Notes: a model not told the origin generated them from the letters alone. Shown: positions 1-7,494, counted from the stretch's first letter. The stretch is 40,000 bases of DNA from an uncultured Thiobacillus sp. (GCA_964542455.1 CAZIUC010000002.1:212333-252332); one strand, 5' to 3'. Numbers and translations: made by a program.

Positions 1-2306
1 AAGAAAGGCTCGAACAGGCGGTCCAGCGCATCCGGCGGACAGCCGGGGCCGCTGTCGCCGATACAGACGCGGACCAGATGGCGCTGTTGGCGCGTGGCCT
101 GGATGACGATCCGACGCCGCGCCGTGTTGCCGCCGGACATCGCATCCATGCTGTTACGCGCCAGATTCAGCAGCACCTGTTCGATCTGGATCGGATCGGC
201 CATCACGGCGGGCAATTGACGCGCGATCTCCACTTTCAGTTGCACCTCGTTTTGCCGCGCTTCGGCGCGGATGAAGCTGGCGACCTCGTCGATCACGTCG
301 CGCGGATTGACGCGCTGCGGGTGTAGATCGCCCTTGCGCGCGAAGTTGCGCAAGCGGCGAAAGATCGCGCCGCCAAGTTCGGCCTGGCGCACCACCTGTT
401 CCAGCCCGTAACGGACTTCCTCCGGCTTGCAGTCACCGGCCTGGATGATGCGCAGACAGGTCTGGGCGTAGGTGGTGATGGCGCACAGCGGCTGGTTCAA
501 TTCGTGGGCGAGGCCGGAGGTCATTTCACCGAGGATGCTCAGGCGGCCGACATGCGCCAGTTCCGCCTTGTGCACGCGGTCCTGTTCCTCGGCCCTCACC
601 AGTTCGGTGATGTCGTGGCCGGTGGAAATGAAATGGGTAATCACGCCCTGGCTGTCCTTGAGCGGACTGATGGTCTTCTGCTCGTGGAAAATGCTGCCGT
701 TCTTCTTGCGATTGACCATGACGCCGCGATAAACGCCGCCATCGCCAATCACCCGCCAGAGATCCTGATAGAACACCTCGTCATGCACGCCGGATCGCAG
801 AAAGTAGGTCTTGTGGCCGACCACTTCTTCGCGCTCATAGCCGGTCAACCGCTCGAACGCCGGGTTGACGTATTCGATGCGCCGCTCGCGGTCGGTGATG
901 ATCACCGAATCCGCCGCCTGCTCCAGCGCGCTGGACAACTTGCGCATGTGCGCCTCGGCGCGTTCCCGCTGCAATTCACTGCCGACCCATTGCGCCATCA
1001 ATTTCAGGGTTTCGCGATCGGCGGAACTGAACGGTGACGGCCGGGGTGACGGACTGGCGAAGCACAGCGTGCCGTAGAGCCCGCCATCGACCACCACGCG
1101 CACGCCGATATAAGCCTCCATCGGATGCTTGCGATAACTCGGATGCTCGCGCCACTCGCTGAGCGCCGCGTGTTCGAACGCCACCGGCTCGGTGGTGAAC
1201 ACCGTGGCGCTGCAATAGGTCTGGTCCAGATCCTTGGTGGTGCCAATGAAATATTCGGGATCGTCACCGACCGCGTCCTCGATGCTGAAACACTGGCCAT
1301 CGATGCGCGCCAGGATGGCGATGGGCAGGCTGAATTGCGCGCAGCCGAGCCGCAACAGCCGGTGCAGTTTCTCCTCCAGACTCAGTTCCGGCGCCGAACT
1401 GATTTCGTGGAAGGCACGCAGCACCGTGGCATGCAAACGCAGTTCCTCCTCCGCGCGCCGGCGCTGGCGCTCCGCCGCCACCCGGTCGCTGACATCCTGC
1501 AGGATCAGCATGCAGCCACGCTGGCCGGTGCGATACGCCAGCGGCGCCAGGGTGATTTCGAGAAAGCGCGGGGCCTGGCCGGGGGCGTCGATTTCCAGTA
1601 TCTCCGGCGCCAATCGGCCCTTGTCCACGCAGCCGCGTTGCAGCATCTCGCGCAGACGCGCCTGCTCGCGCGGAGGGAACTGCTCCCACAGTGGCCGCCC
1701 CAGCGCCGCGCGCTCGCTGACGCCAAGAATCTCGGTGGCCAGCCGGTTGAGGGTCAGGATGGCGCCGGCCAGGTCGACAGTAAGCACACCGATCGGCGCG
1801 TGATCCAGCAACTGATCGAGGTAATGCGTGGCTTCCGGCTGTAGCAGCGGCAATTTCTCCAGGCGAATCTGGGCGCTGGAGATGGTATTGAGGTAACGCG
1901 TGCGCTGCTGGCGGCGCCCTACCGCGTCACGGATGGCGGCAGGCAATTCCTCCACCTCGCTGGCCGACCAGGGCACCACCTCGTTGCCGAGGAAGGGGCT
2001 GAACATCAGCGTGCGCTTGAGCTGGGCACAACGCGCCGGCGGACTCAGGATCAGGATGGGGATGTGCTTGTCGTAGGTATGAATGCGCTGGGCGATGCGT
2101 ACCGGCTCCTCGATCTCGATACCCAGCAGCACCGTGTCGGCCGGGCGGTGGCCCTCCTGGAAACGGGCATAGAGGGCTTCCTGATCCGCCATCACCTCGA
2201 TGCTCAACGCCGAGCCCAGTTCCTGACGCAACAACGCCATCAGCGTCGGCGCCACGCCGACCAGATGCAGGACACCGTTTTCAAAGCTGCTCGGGATGAA
2301 GGGCAC
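1..2306 (-). CDS. Multi-domain sensor histidine kinase (degenerate receiver-like N-terminus, PAS, GAF-like, PAS, HisKA, HATPase_c); C-terminus runs off the left edge
   Basis: Absent from the ORF track because this frame has no stop inside the window. My reverse-strand translation (codon starts = 2 mod 3) is open from a TGA at 2397-2399 down to position 1. It reads LDHAPIGVLTVDLAGAILTLNRLATEILG (PAS), AYIGVRVVVDGGLYGTLCFAS (GAF-like), ADSVIITDRERRIEYVNPAFERLTGYEREEVVGH (PAS), LSILGEMTSGLAHELNQPL (H-box), IQIEQVLLNLARNSMDAM (N-box) and GDSGPGCPPDALDRLFEPF (G-box, positions 59-1). The first canonical in-frame start is GTG at 2306; the start is uncertain. Confidence 0.8.
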   Translation of the reverse strand, partial: MPFIPSSFENGVLHLVGVAPTLMALLRQELGSALSIEVMADQEALYARFQEGHRPADTVLLGIEIEEPVRIAQRIHTYDKHIPILILSPPARCAQLKRTLMFSPFLGNEVVPWSASEVEELPAAIRDAVGRRQQRTRYLNTISSAQIRLEKLPLLQPEATHYLDQLLDHAPIGVLTVDLAGAILTLNRLATEILGVSERAALGRPLWEQFPPREQARLREMLQRGCVDKGRLAPEILEIDAPGQAPRFLEITLAPLAYRTGQRGCMLILQDVSDRVAAERQRRRAEEELRLHATVLRAFHEISSAPELSLEEKLHRLLRLGCAQFSLPIAILARIDGQCFSIEDAVGDDPEYFIGTTKDLDQTYCSATVFTTEPVAFEHAALSEWREHPSYRKHPMEAYIGVRVVVDGGLYGTLCFASPSPRPSPFSSADRETLKLMAQWVGSELQRERAEAHMRKLSSALEQAADSVIITDRERRIEYVNPAFERLTGYEREEVVGHKTYFLRSGVHDEVFYQDLWRVIGDGGVYRGVMVNRKKNGSIFHEQKTISPLKDSQGVITHFISTGHDITELVRAEEQDRVHKAELAHVGRLSILGEMTSGLAHELNQPLCAITTYAQTCLRIIQAGDCKPEEVRYGLEQVVRQAELGGAIFRRLRNFARKGDLHPQRVNPRDVIDEVASFIRAEARQNEVQLKVEIARQLPAVMADPIQIEQVLLNLARNSMDAMSGGNTARRRIVIQATRQQRHLVRVCIGDSGPGCPPDALDRLFEPF

Positions 2307-2322
2307 AGTCAGCGCGCGCGGC

Positions 2323-3534
2323 TCAGTCGGAGAGCAGCGGCTGCCCCAGCAAGGCGCGGCCGATCCAGACGCGCAGGATGTCGGTGGTGGGCGACATCAG
2401 GTGGGCGGCGCGCGCGTCACGCAGCAGGCGGTGCAGGCGCGAACCGTTGCGGTAACCAATGCCGCCGCACAGCGTCATCGCCTCGTTGACCACGCTCACC
2501 ACGCAGTCGGCCACTTCCACCTTGGCCGCCATGATCGCGGTCAGCGCGTCGGGCTCGCCGGCATCGAAGCTGCTGGCGGCGTGATAAGTCAGCCGACGCG
2601 TGCGCTCCAGCACCGCCCACAACGAGCCGAGACGGTGCTGCAGCACGGAAGCCTGCGCCAGGCTGGAGCCGGTGTGGGTGTGATAGCGCCGGATCAGGTG
2701 TTTCCTGGCCTCATCCAGCGCGGTGGTGGCAACGCCTAGAAAGGTGCCGGCCATGGCCATCAGGAAATACGGTGTCACCACGTTGAAGATGTACCAGATC
2801 TGGTCGCCCTCCTTGCCCAGCAGATTGCCGCGCGGCACGCGCACTCCCCGCAGCTCCATGGTGCGGGAGGAATTGCCACGCATGCCGAGACCATCCCAGT
2901 CGCTCCCCCAGTGGAGATTCTCGGCATCGGCAGGCACGACGACGCAGGAAAACTGGCCGATGGGCGCTTCCGGCGAGGCCGCCACCGCCGAGACCACGTA
3001 GGAATCGGCATGGCCGCCATTGGTGACGAAAGTCTTGCTGCCGGTGAGGCGGAATTCATCCGCGGAGGTCGCCTCCAGCGCGGTCTGCGGCAGATAGAAA
3101 TGGGCGCCGGTACCGGCTTCGCTGAGCGACAGCGTGGTGATATGGCGACCCTCACAGATCGGCGCCAGCAGGCGGGCTTGCTGATCCGGCGTGGCATTGG
3201 CTGCGATCACCGAGGCGCCGACGCAATGCATGCCATAACAGATGGCGGTGGAGGCACATTCCTGGCCCAGCGTCTCGCACACCCTGGCCAGCGCCAGCAG
3301 ACCATGGCCCTGGCCGCCATAGGCGGTGGGCACCACCAATCCCGCCAGCCCCTCGTGTTGCAACGCGCGAATGCCGGGTTCAGGCCAGTGCGCCTGGGCG
3401 TCGATGTCAACCGCGCTCGGCGCGACGACATCCTTGGCGATCTCCTGCGCCTTGAGCAGGAGGGCCGCAAAATCTTTCCGGGGCATGTCGTTGGCCGGGG
3501 CGGGTGGTAGACCGGCCGAGGATAGTGCCTGCAT
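2323..3534 (-). CDS. Acyl-CoA dehydrogenase-fold flavoprotein, atypical (canonical C-terminal catalytic Glu position not conserved)
   Basis: 403-aa ORF with ACAD-like blocks: GGQGHGLLALARVCETLG, LSLSEAGTGAHF, WDGLGMRGNSSRTMELRGVRVP, CGGIGYRNGSRLHRLLRDARAAHLMSPTTDIL. Where MCAD-type enzymes carry x-E-G-T, this sequence reads MSPT. A GAGGAG RBS lies just upstream of ATG 3534. Confidence 0.8.
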   Translation of the reverse strand: MQALSSAGLPPAPANDMPRKDFAALLLKAQEIAKDVVAPSAVDIDAQAHWPEPGIRALQHEGLAGLVVPTAYGGQGHGLLALARVCETLGQECASTAICYGMHCVGASVIAANATPDQQARLLAPICEGRHITTLSLSEAGTGAHFYLPQTALEATSADEFRLTGSKTFVTNGGHADSYVVSAVAASPEAPIGQFSCVVVPADAENLHWGSDWDGLGMRGNSSRTMELRGVRVPRGNLLGKEGDQIWYIFNVVTPYFLMAMAGTFLGVATTALDEARKHLIRRYHTHTGSSLAQASVLQHRLGSLWAVLERTRRLTYHAASSFDAGEPDALTAIMAAKVEVADCVVSVVNEAMTLCGGIGYRNGSRLHRLLRDARAAHLMSPTTDILRVWIGRALLGQPLLSD

Positions 3535-3586
3535 GGAATCTCCTCAATGCCGCCGCCGAATGCTTCGCGACGACGGGCGCCTGCAC

Positions 3587-3635
3587 CCGCCATGCCCGCC
3601 GCCAGCAACTTACGCTTTGGCGGCGGGCATGGCGG
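3587..3635 (-). promoter_or_regulatory. Perfect 18-bp stem / 13-nt loop hairpin between the 99-aa gene and the ACAD-fold gene (attenuator, processing or stabiliser candidate)
   Basis: 3587-3604 ccgccatgcccgccgcca is the exact reverse complement of 3618-3635 tggcggcgggcatggcgg. It begins 2 nt after the stop of the 3638-3937 gene. No U-run follows on the minus strand, so it is not a canonical intrinsic terminator. Confidence 0.6.
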
Positions 3636-3637
3636 AA

Positions 3638-3937
3638 TCAGTGATGATCGACCAGGGAAAACGAAAGCACCTTCTCGATGCTTTCGACCCGGTTCGCGGC
3701 GGTTCCCACCAGACACTCGCCGTGTTTGTCACAGCCCCACAAGTGATAGGCCTTGAATTGCAGCAAATCACCGTGCAGTTGCTCGCGGTGTGGCATCACG
3801 CGTGACTCCAGGGAATCTGAGGCGCCCTCGCTTTGCAGCACCTGCTTGATCCGGGCAATTTCCGCCATCAGATCGCGCACCTTGTCGCCGTTCCAACTGC
3901 CCACGGTCCTGCCACTATTGGTCTTGATCTCGTCCAT
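3638..3937 (-). CDS. Hypothetical small protein (99 aa) with a Cys/His patch HLWGCDKHGEC
   Basis: The ORF has a GAGGGG RBS and starts 13 nt after the upstream gene. Codon usage is consistent with the neighbouring genes. I recognise no family. Confidence 0.55.
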   Translation of the reverse strand: MDEIKTNSGRTVGSWNGDKVRDLMAEIARIKQVLQSEGASDSLESRVMPHREQLHGDLLQFKAYHLWGCDKHGECLVGTAANRVESIEKVLSFSLVDHH

Positions 3938-3950
3938 TTTCGTTCCCCCC

Positions 3951-4229
3951 TCAGAAACGTTCGGCGATCAGGCGCAGCACGGCCTTGGGGATGACCCAAT
4001 TACTGCCCTGCTTCTGTTCCTGAACGACGATCAGCAACTCGTCACGCGAGAAATGGATGCCTCGCTCCCCCGCAAGCTGCCGGTAGAGCTGGATAAAACT
4101 CTCCTTGTCCGGCGATTCGTCCAGCCTGGACAGCAACGACGGTTCGTTCATCACCACTTCACCGAACTGCTTGATGCTCTTCTCGAAGGGACGCGACTGC
4201 GTGTCCCTCGCCAATGCCGCTTGCAGCAT
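3951..4229 (-). CDS. Nif11-like domain small protein (92 aa)
   Basis: An AAGGAG RBS lies 7 nt upstream of the ATG. FEKSIKQFGEVVMNEPSLLSRLDESPDKESFIQLYRQLAGERGIHFSRDEL follows the Nif11-type helical pattern (L-x2-F-x3-V-x2-D/N-x2-L-x3-L ... A-x3-G-x-x-F-S/T-x2-E-L). The assignment was made by eye. Confidence 0.5.
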   Translation of the reverse strand: MLQAALARDTQSRPFEKSIKQFGEVVMNEPSLLSRLDESPDKESFIQLYRQLAGERGIHFSRDELLIVVQEQKQGSNWVIPKAVLRLIAERF

Positions 4230-4345
4230 GTTGTTACTCCTTTCATGTCCACGTGGTCCGGAGCATCGCTGCCCCGAGGCTTACCCGGACGCCGCGGGGC
4301 CCTCCTTCGCATGAAGACATCCCGCCGGATAGTCGTGCCTTTATA

Positions 4346-4362
4346 CGCAACGGCCTTGCCCC
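4346..4362 (-). promoter_or_regulatory. Candidate sigma-54 (-24/-12) promoter for the small-protein/ACAD operon
   Basis: The minus strand reads GGGGCAAG-GCCG-TTGCG against the consensus TGGCACG-N4-TTGCW. The GG and GC elements have the exact spacing. It lies about 115 nt upstream of ATG 4229. Confidence 0.45.
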
Positions 4363-4795
4363 GGAAAATCCGTATCGCCCCCCGTCGGACCAGGTAGTAA
4401 CACCTGCTCGCGCCACGTTCTCGGCGCGAATACGAAGCCCGGCACGGCGCGGGTTACCGCTGGAGGGAGGAAAGCGGCTGTTTCGGGATCGACCTCAAGA
4501 CGACCGAGATCGTGCGGTTTGGTCGTGTGAATGTCGGCCAGGGGGAACGCGAGCATCAGAACGGACCCGGCTAAATTCGGCCGTAGCGCATCGCCCTCTA
4601 CAGCGGTCACTAGCCGACCGGGCATGCTGCTTGATCCAAAATCCAGCAGTTGAAGCCGTAGAAGCGTAGGTTGATTTCTTTCACCCCTGGACAGAAGGCT
4701 ATCGGGATTTTTCTTTAGCGGGAATGAGTCACGCAGGCGCCCATTTTGAGCAGTGCATGCGAAAGCGTCCATCGTTCCTGTGGCTGTTTTCAGCC

Positions 4796-4835
4796 TTGAC
4801 TGGCAAGGCGTCTATGGATATCTTTAATATATCCA
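4796..4835 (+). promoter_or_regulatory. Sigma-70-like promoter plus inverted-repeat operator upstream of the antitoxin gene
   Basis: TTGACT (4796-4801), 17-nt spacer, TATCTT (4819-4824). Inverted repeat TGGATAT (4815-4821) / ATATCCA (4829-4835) overlaps the -10. AGGAGG RBS at 4841-4846. Confidence 0.5.
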
Positions 4836-4851
4836 CATAGAGGAGGCCGCC

Positions 4852-5139
4852 ATGCCCGCCCGCCGTACCGCCAATCAAATCGCCTTTCGCTACCGCACGG
4901 TTGACAGTTCCACCGGCGTCACACGCGAAACCGCCAAACACCTGGCGGAATTCCTGGGGGTGGATGAAACCCAGGTGATCCATCAAGCGCTGCACGAACT
5001 GGCCATCAAGGTACTGCCGCAATACGAAGCCGACGATGGCCCGCTAACTGCCGCCCAGGTGTGCCAGATCAAGAAACGCGTTCCACAGGGCAGCAAACGC
5101 TCGATGCATTCAAGCTTGTTTGAAGCGGAGACGGCGTGA
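4852..5139 (+). CDS. Putative antitoxin (95 aa) of a PemK/MazF-like module
   Basis: Small ORF with a strong RBS. Its stop overlaps the GTG start of the downstream PemK-like gene. An operator-like inverted repeat sits in its promoter. The assignment rests on context, not on recognised motifs. Confidence 0.45.
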   Translation: MPARRTANQIAFRYRTVDSSTGVTRETAKHLAEFLGVDETQVIHQALHELAIKVLPQYEADDGPLTAAQVCQIKKRVPQGSKRSMHSSLFEAETA

Positions 5140-5546
5140 CTCACCAGTGGTGGGGAGAACCTACCGCCGGCGAGATCGTCTGGTGCCATTTCCCTGACAA
5201 CATCACTCCGCGACCGAAACCGCGACTCGCTCTGATCGTAGTGGTCTTTGATGACGACGCGCCACACTTTGAGGTGCGCGTTGCCTACGGCACCAGCCAG
5301 CGAACGACAACGCTACACAGTGGTGAGTTCTCCATCCTTCAGAATCGCAACCGTGCCGCATACGAGGCGGCCGGGCTGAGCTACGACACCAAGTTCGACT
5401 TGAAGCAGGCCATCGACCTGCCCTATACCACCGAGTGGTTCTCTGTGCCGCCAGCGGCGCCCCATGGGCAAACGCCCAAGTTGGGCACGCTCCATCCCTC
5501 CTTGGTACGCGTCGTACAGGCCGCATTTCAGGCGGCGACCGAATGA
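5136..5546 (+). CDS. PemK/MazF-like (SH3-fold) toxin family protein, 136 aa
   Basis: N-terminal GEIVWCHFP...RPKPRLALIVVV and a later YGTSQ block resemble the PemK family pattern (G-D/E-I/V-V-W-V-x-F ... R-P-A-L/V-V-V ... T-S). It overlaps both its upstream and downstream partners. Confidence 0.55.
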   Translation: MTHQWWGEPTAGEIVWCHFPDNITPRPKPRLALIVVVFDDDAPHFEVRVAYGTSQRTTTLHSGEFSILQNRNRAAYEAAGLSYDTKFDLKQAIDLPYTTEWFSVPPAAPHGQTPKLGTLHPSLVRVVQAAFQAATE

Positions 5547-5903
5547 GTCGCCGCCTGGCCGCCCTCGTCATCGGCAACGGCGCATACGAAGATGCTGGTG
5601 AACTTGAGACCCCCGCGAACGACGCAGAAGATATTGCAGCCAAGCTAGAAACCCGCGGCTTCTCGGTGATCAAGTAACTCGACTGCACGGTTACCAATAT
5701 GGACCGGGCACTGAAGCGCGCACTGCCAGATAACGATGTCGGATTGTTATTCTTCGCTGGGCACGGCATACAGATCGCATGGTGAGAATTCTCTGGCGGC
5801 AGTAAACACCGATACGGCCGGGAAGGACGAAGCCAAGCACTCTTCACTGCCGTTGAAACGTGTAATCGAAGTCATGGAGAAGGCGGCAACGCAGTCGGGA
5901 AAC
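5543..5903 (+). pseudogene. Caspase-like (peptidase C14) gene remnant with a nonsense codon, a 1-nt frameshift and a 3' truncation
   Basis: The ATG at 5543 overlaps the toxin stop (ATGA). MSRRLAALVIGNGAYEDAGELETPANDAEDIAAKLETRGFSVIK is followed by an in-frame TAA (5675-5677). The frame then continues LDCTVTNMDRALKRALPDNDVGLLFFAGHGIQ, carrying the catalytic His-Gly motif. Around 5774-5785 the frame shifts: atc gCa tgg tga versus the expected atc gat ggt gag. The shifted frame reads HGENSLAAVNTDTAGKDEAKHSSLPLKRVIEVMEKAATQSGN. The catalytic Cys block expected next is absent. Confidence 0.7.
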
Positions 5904-5915
5904 CTGGCACGCGTC

Positions 5916-5961
5916 TTGACGCCCCCCACCTTTGCCCTTACATTAGAACGAACATTCTATT
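5916..5961 (+). promoter_or_regulatory. tetR promoter with operator half-site
   Basis: TTGACG (5916-5921), 17-nt spacer, TACATT (5939-5944). ATTAGAACGA (5942-5951) is identical to the left arm of the perfect palindrome at 6618-6641; its right half is degenerate. Confidence 0.5.
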
Positions 5962-5976
5962 TAACCCAACTTCCCC

Positions 5977-6570
5977 ATGAGCAGCGTCCTCTCCCCTCGC
6001 CCAGACACACGCTACCTGGTTCTCGATAGCGCGCTGACGCTGTTTACCGAGCGTGGCTACTTCAGTACCTCGGTGCATGACATCGGCCGCGCGGCGGAGG
6101 TGAGCATCGGCTCCATCTATCACCACTTCGGCGACAAGGAAGGCATTGCCGGCGCGCTGTTTTCCCAGCTCAGCAGCCGCATGGAGAGCTTGATCGGCGA
6201 GATCGTCCGGCGCCACGAAAGCACCCACGACCAGGCGCGCGAACTGGTTTCCCGGTTATTTCTCCTGACCGAATCCGAGCCGCGCGCGATGGAGTTCATG
6301 CTCTATGCCAAGCATCGGGAGTTCCTTCCCAACCACGGCCCGGTCTGCTCCTCGCGCCCTTTCGAGCTGATGCGCGAGATGGTCAGTCGCGGCATGGAGC
6401 GCGGAGAAATCCGCCCGATGGACGCCATGGTCGCCTCCACCTGTCTGTTCGGCGGCCCTTTGCGCATGATCACCGGGCGCCTGGATGGCGTGGTGGAACA
6501 GCCGTTGCCGACTTACCTGGATGCCGTCTGGGGCTGTGCCTGGCGCGCGGTTGCCGCCGAGACACCTTGA
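5977..6570 (+). CDS. TetR/AcrR family transcriptional regulator
   Basis: N-terminal HTH block LDSALTLFTERGYFSTSVHDIGRAAEVSIGSIYHHFGDKEGI is typical of TetR_N. Length is 197 aa. Confidence 0.85.
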   Translation: MSSVLSPRPDTRYLVLDSALTLFTERGYFSTSVHDIGRAAEVSIGSIYHHFGDKEGIAGALFSQLSSRMESLIGEIVRRHESTHDQARELVSRLFLLTESEPRAMEFMLYAKHREFLPNHGPVCSSRPFELMREMVSRGMERGEIRPMDAMVASTCLFGGPLRMITGRLDGVVEQPLPTYLDAVWGCAWRAVAAETP

Positions 6571-6585
6571 CCATGGCCTCGGTTT

Positions 6586-6609
6586 GCCCGCGCCGGCGGC
6601 GCTTTTTTA
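6586..6609 (+). terminator. Probable intrinsic terminator after tetR
   Basis: A short GC stem (gcgcc / ggcgc) is followed by TTTTTT at 6603-6608. Confidence 0.4.
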
Positions 6610-6617
6610 TTACCCCG

Positions 6618-6641
6618 ATTAGAACGACCATTCGTTCTAAT
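6618..6641. promoter_or_regulatory. Perfect palindrome ATTAGAACGA-CCAT-TCGTTCTAAT, candidate TetR operator for the downstream genes
   Basis: 10-bp arms are exact reverse complements with a 4-nt spacer. It lies about 65 nt upstream of ATG 6704. Its left arm recurs at 5942-5951 in the tetR promoter. Confidence 0.6.
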
Positions 6642-6703
6642 CGCGTGACCTTCATCGTTCACCGGAACACGTCCTTCCCACCCAATCATCAGGAAGCCAA
6701 GCC

Positions 6704-6943
6704 ATGCGTTACGACATCACCGCGCTGACCGAGCAATATTGCTTCGGCTGTGTGCTCTACCCACCCAATCTGCCGCCGTATGCCTACGCCGAGGCCGACT
6801 GGGCCGTCCTGCAACACATGACCTGCGCCCTGGAGCACGCCCCCGGCACGGAGGGCTGCCTGGCCAGCCGCAAGACCAGTTGCAGCCTGGTTGAACTGGC
6901 GCCCTCCCCCTGTCACTGCGCGAACACGGCCGTCGAAGCCTGA
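6704..6943 (+). CDS. Hypothetical Cys-rich small protein (79 aa, 7 Cys including a CFGC pair)
   Basis: AGGAAG RBS, G/C-rich third positions, and placement between the operator and the DsrE-like gene. I recognise no family. Confidence 0.45.
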   Translation: MRYDITALTEQYCFGCVLYPPNLPPYAYAEADWAVLQHMTCALEHAPGTEGCLASRKTSCSLVELAPSPCHCANTAVEA

Positions 6944-6984
6944 ATCCGCCCACTCCCTTTCACTCACAAATCAGGAGTTTTGAA

Positions 6985-7488
6985 ATGACCATCCAACGTT
7001 TGCTGATGCTCGTTCTGGTGTTGTTCCTGCCGCATTTCAGCGCCCTGGCACAGACCACCCCACCGATCAACGACGCCGCCGCCTTGCGGGGTGTACACGA
7101 AGGCAAGAGCGTGTTCCTGATCGACTTCAACGATGCCAAGAAAACCGCGTTCTACCTGGAAATCATCAAAGGCACCCACGCTGGCCTGATACGACAAGGC
7201 GTCAAACCCAACTTTGTCATCGTCTATATCGGGCCCACGGTGCGTTTCCTTTCCAGCACCCCGGACAGTGATCTGGAAATCGAAAACAGCGAAGCTCTCA
7301 AGGAAATCGCCGAGCGCGTCTCGGAACTGCATCAACTGGGGGTGCGGCAGGAAGTCTGCGCCGTTGCGACGCGCGTGTTCAAGGTCGCCGACGAAAGCCT
7401 GTTACCCGGCCTCTCGCTGGTGGGAGACGGCTTCATCTCCCTGATCGGCTGGCAGACTCAGGATTACAAACTGGTTCCCTTGTTCTAA
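6985..7488 (+). CDS. DsrE/DsrF-like family protein with an N-terminal signal peptide
   Basis: Signal peptide MTIQRLLMLVLVLFLPHFSALA. The C-terminal pattern GVRQEVCAVATRVFKV...LLPGLSLVGDGFISLIGWQTQDYKLVPLF resembles DsrE-family proteins (GV-x-F-x-VC ... GV-x-V-x-SG ... LQ-x-GY-x-Y). Confidence 0.55.
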   Translation: MTIQRLLMLVLVLFLPHFSALAQTTPPINDAAALRGVHEGKSVFLIDFNDAKKTAFYLEIIKGTHAGLIRQGVKPNFVIVYIGPTVRFLSSTPDSDLEIENSEALKEIAERVSELHQLGVRQEVCAVATRVFKVADESLLPGLSLVGDGFISLIGWQTQDYKLVPLF

Positions 7489-7494
7489 ACACGG

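Noticed and set aside
4341-4772. 143-aa minus-strand ORF in the 600-nt gap between the Nif11-like gene and the TA module
   Set aside because: No RBS and no family motif, with mixed composition. Its 3' end coincides with the sigma-54-like promoter. It could be a gene fragment, but I cannot support a call.
5435-5677. ORF-track start at 5435 for the caspase fragment
   Set aside because: The first 36 codons overlap the PemK-like gene out of frame. The caspase-like sequence begins at the ATG at 5543, which overlaps the toxin stop.
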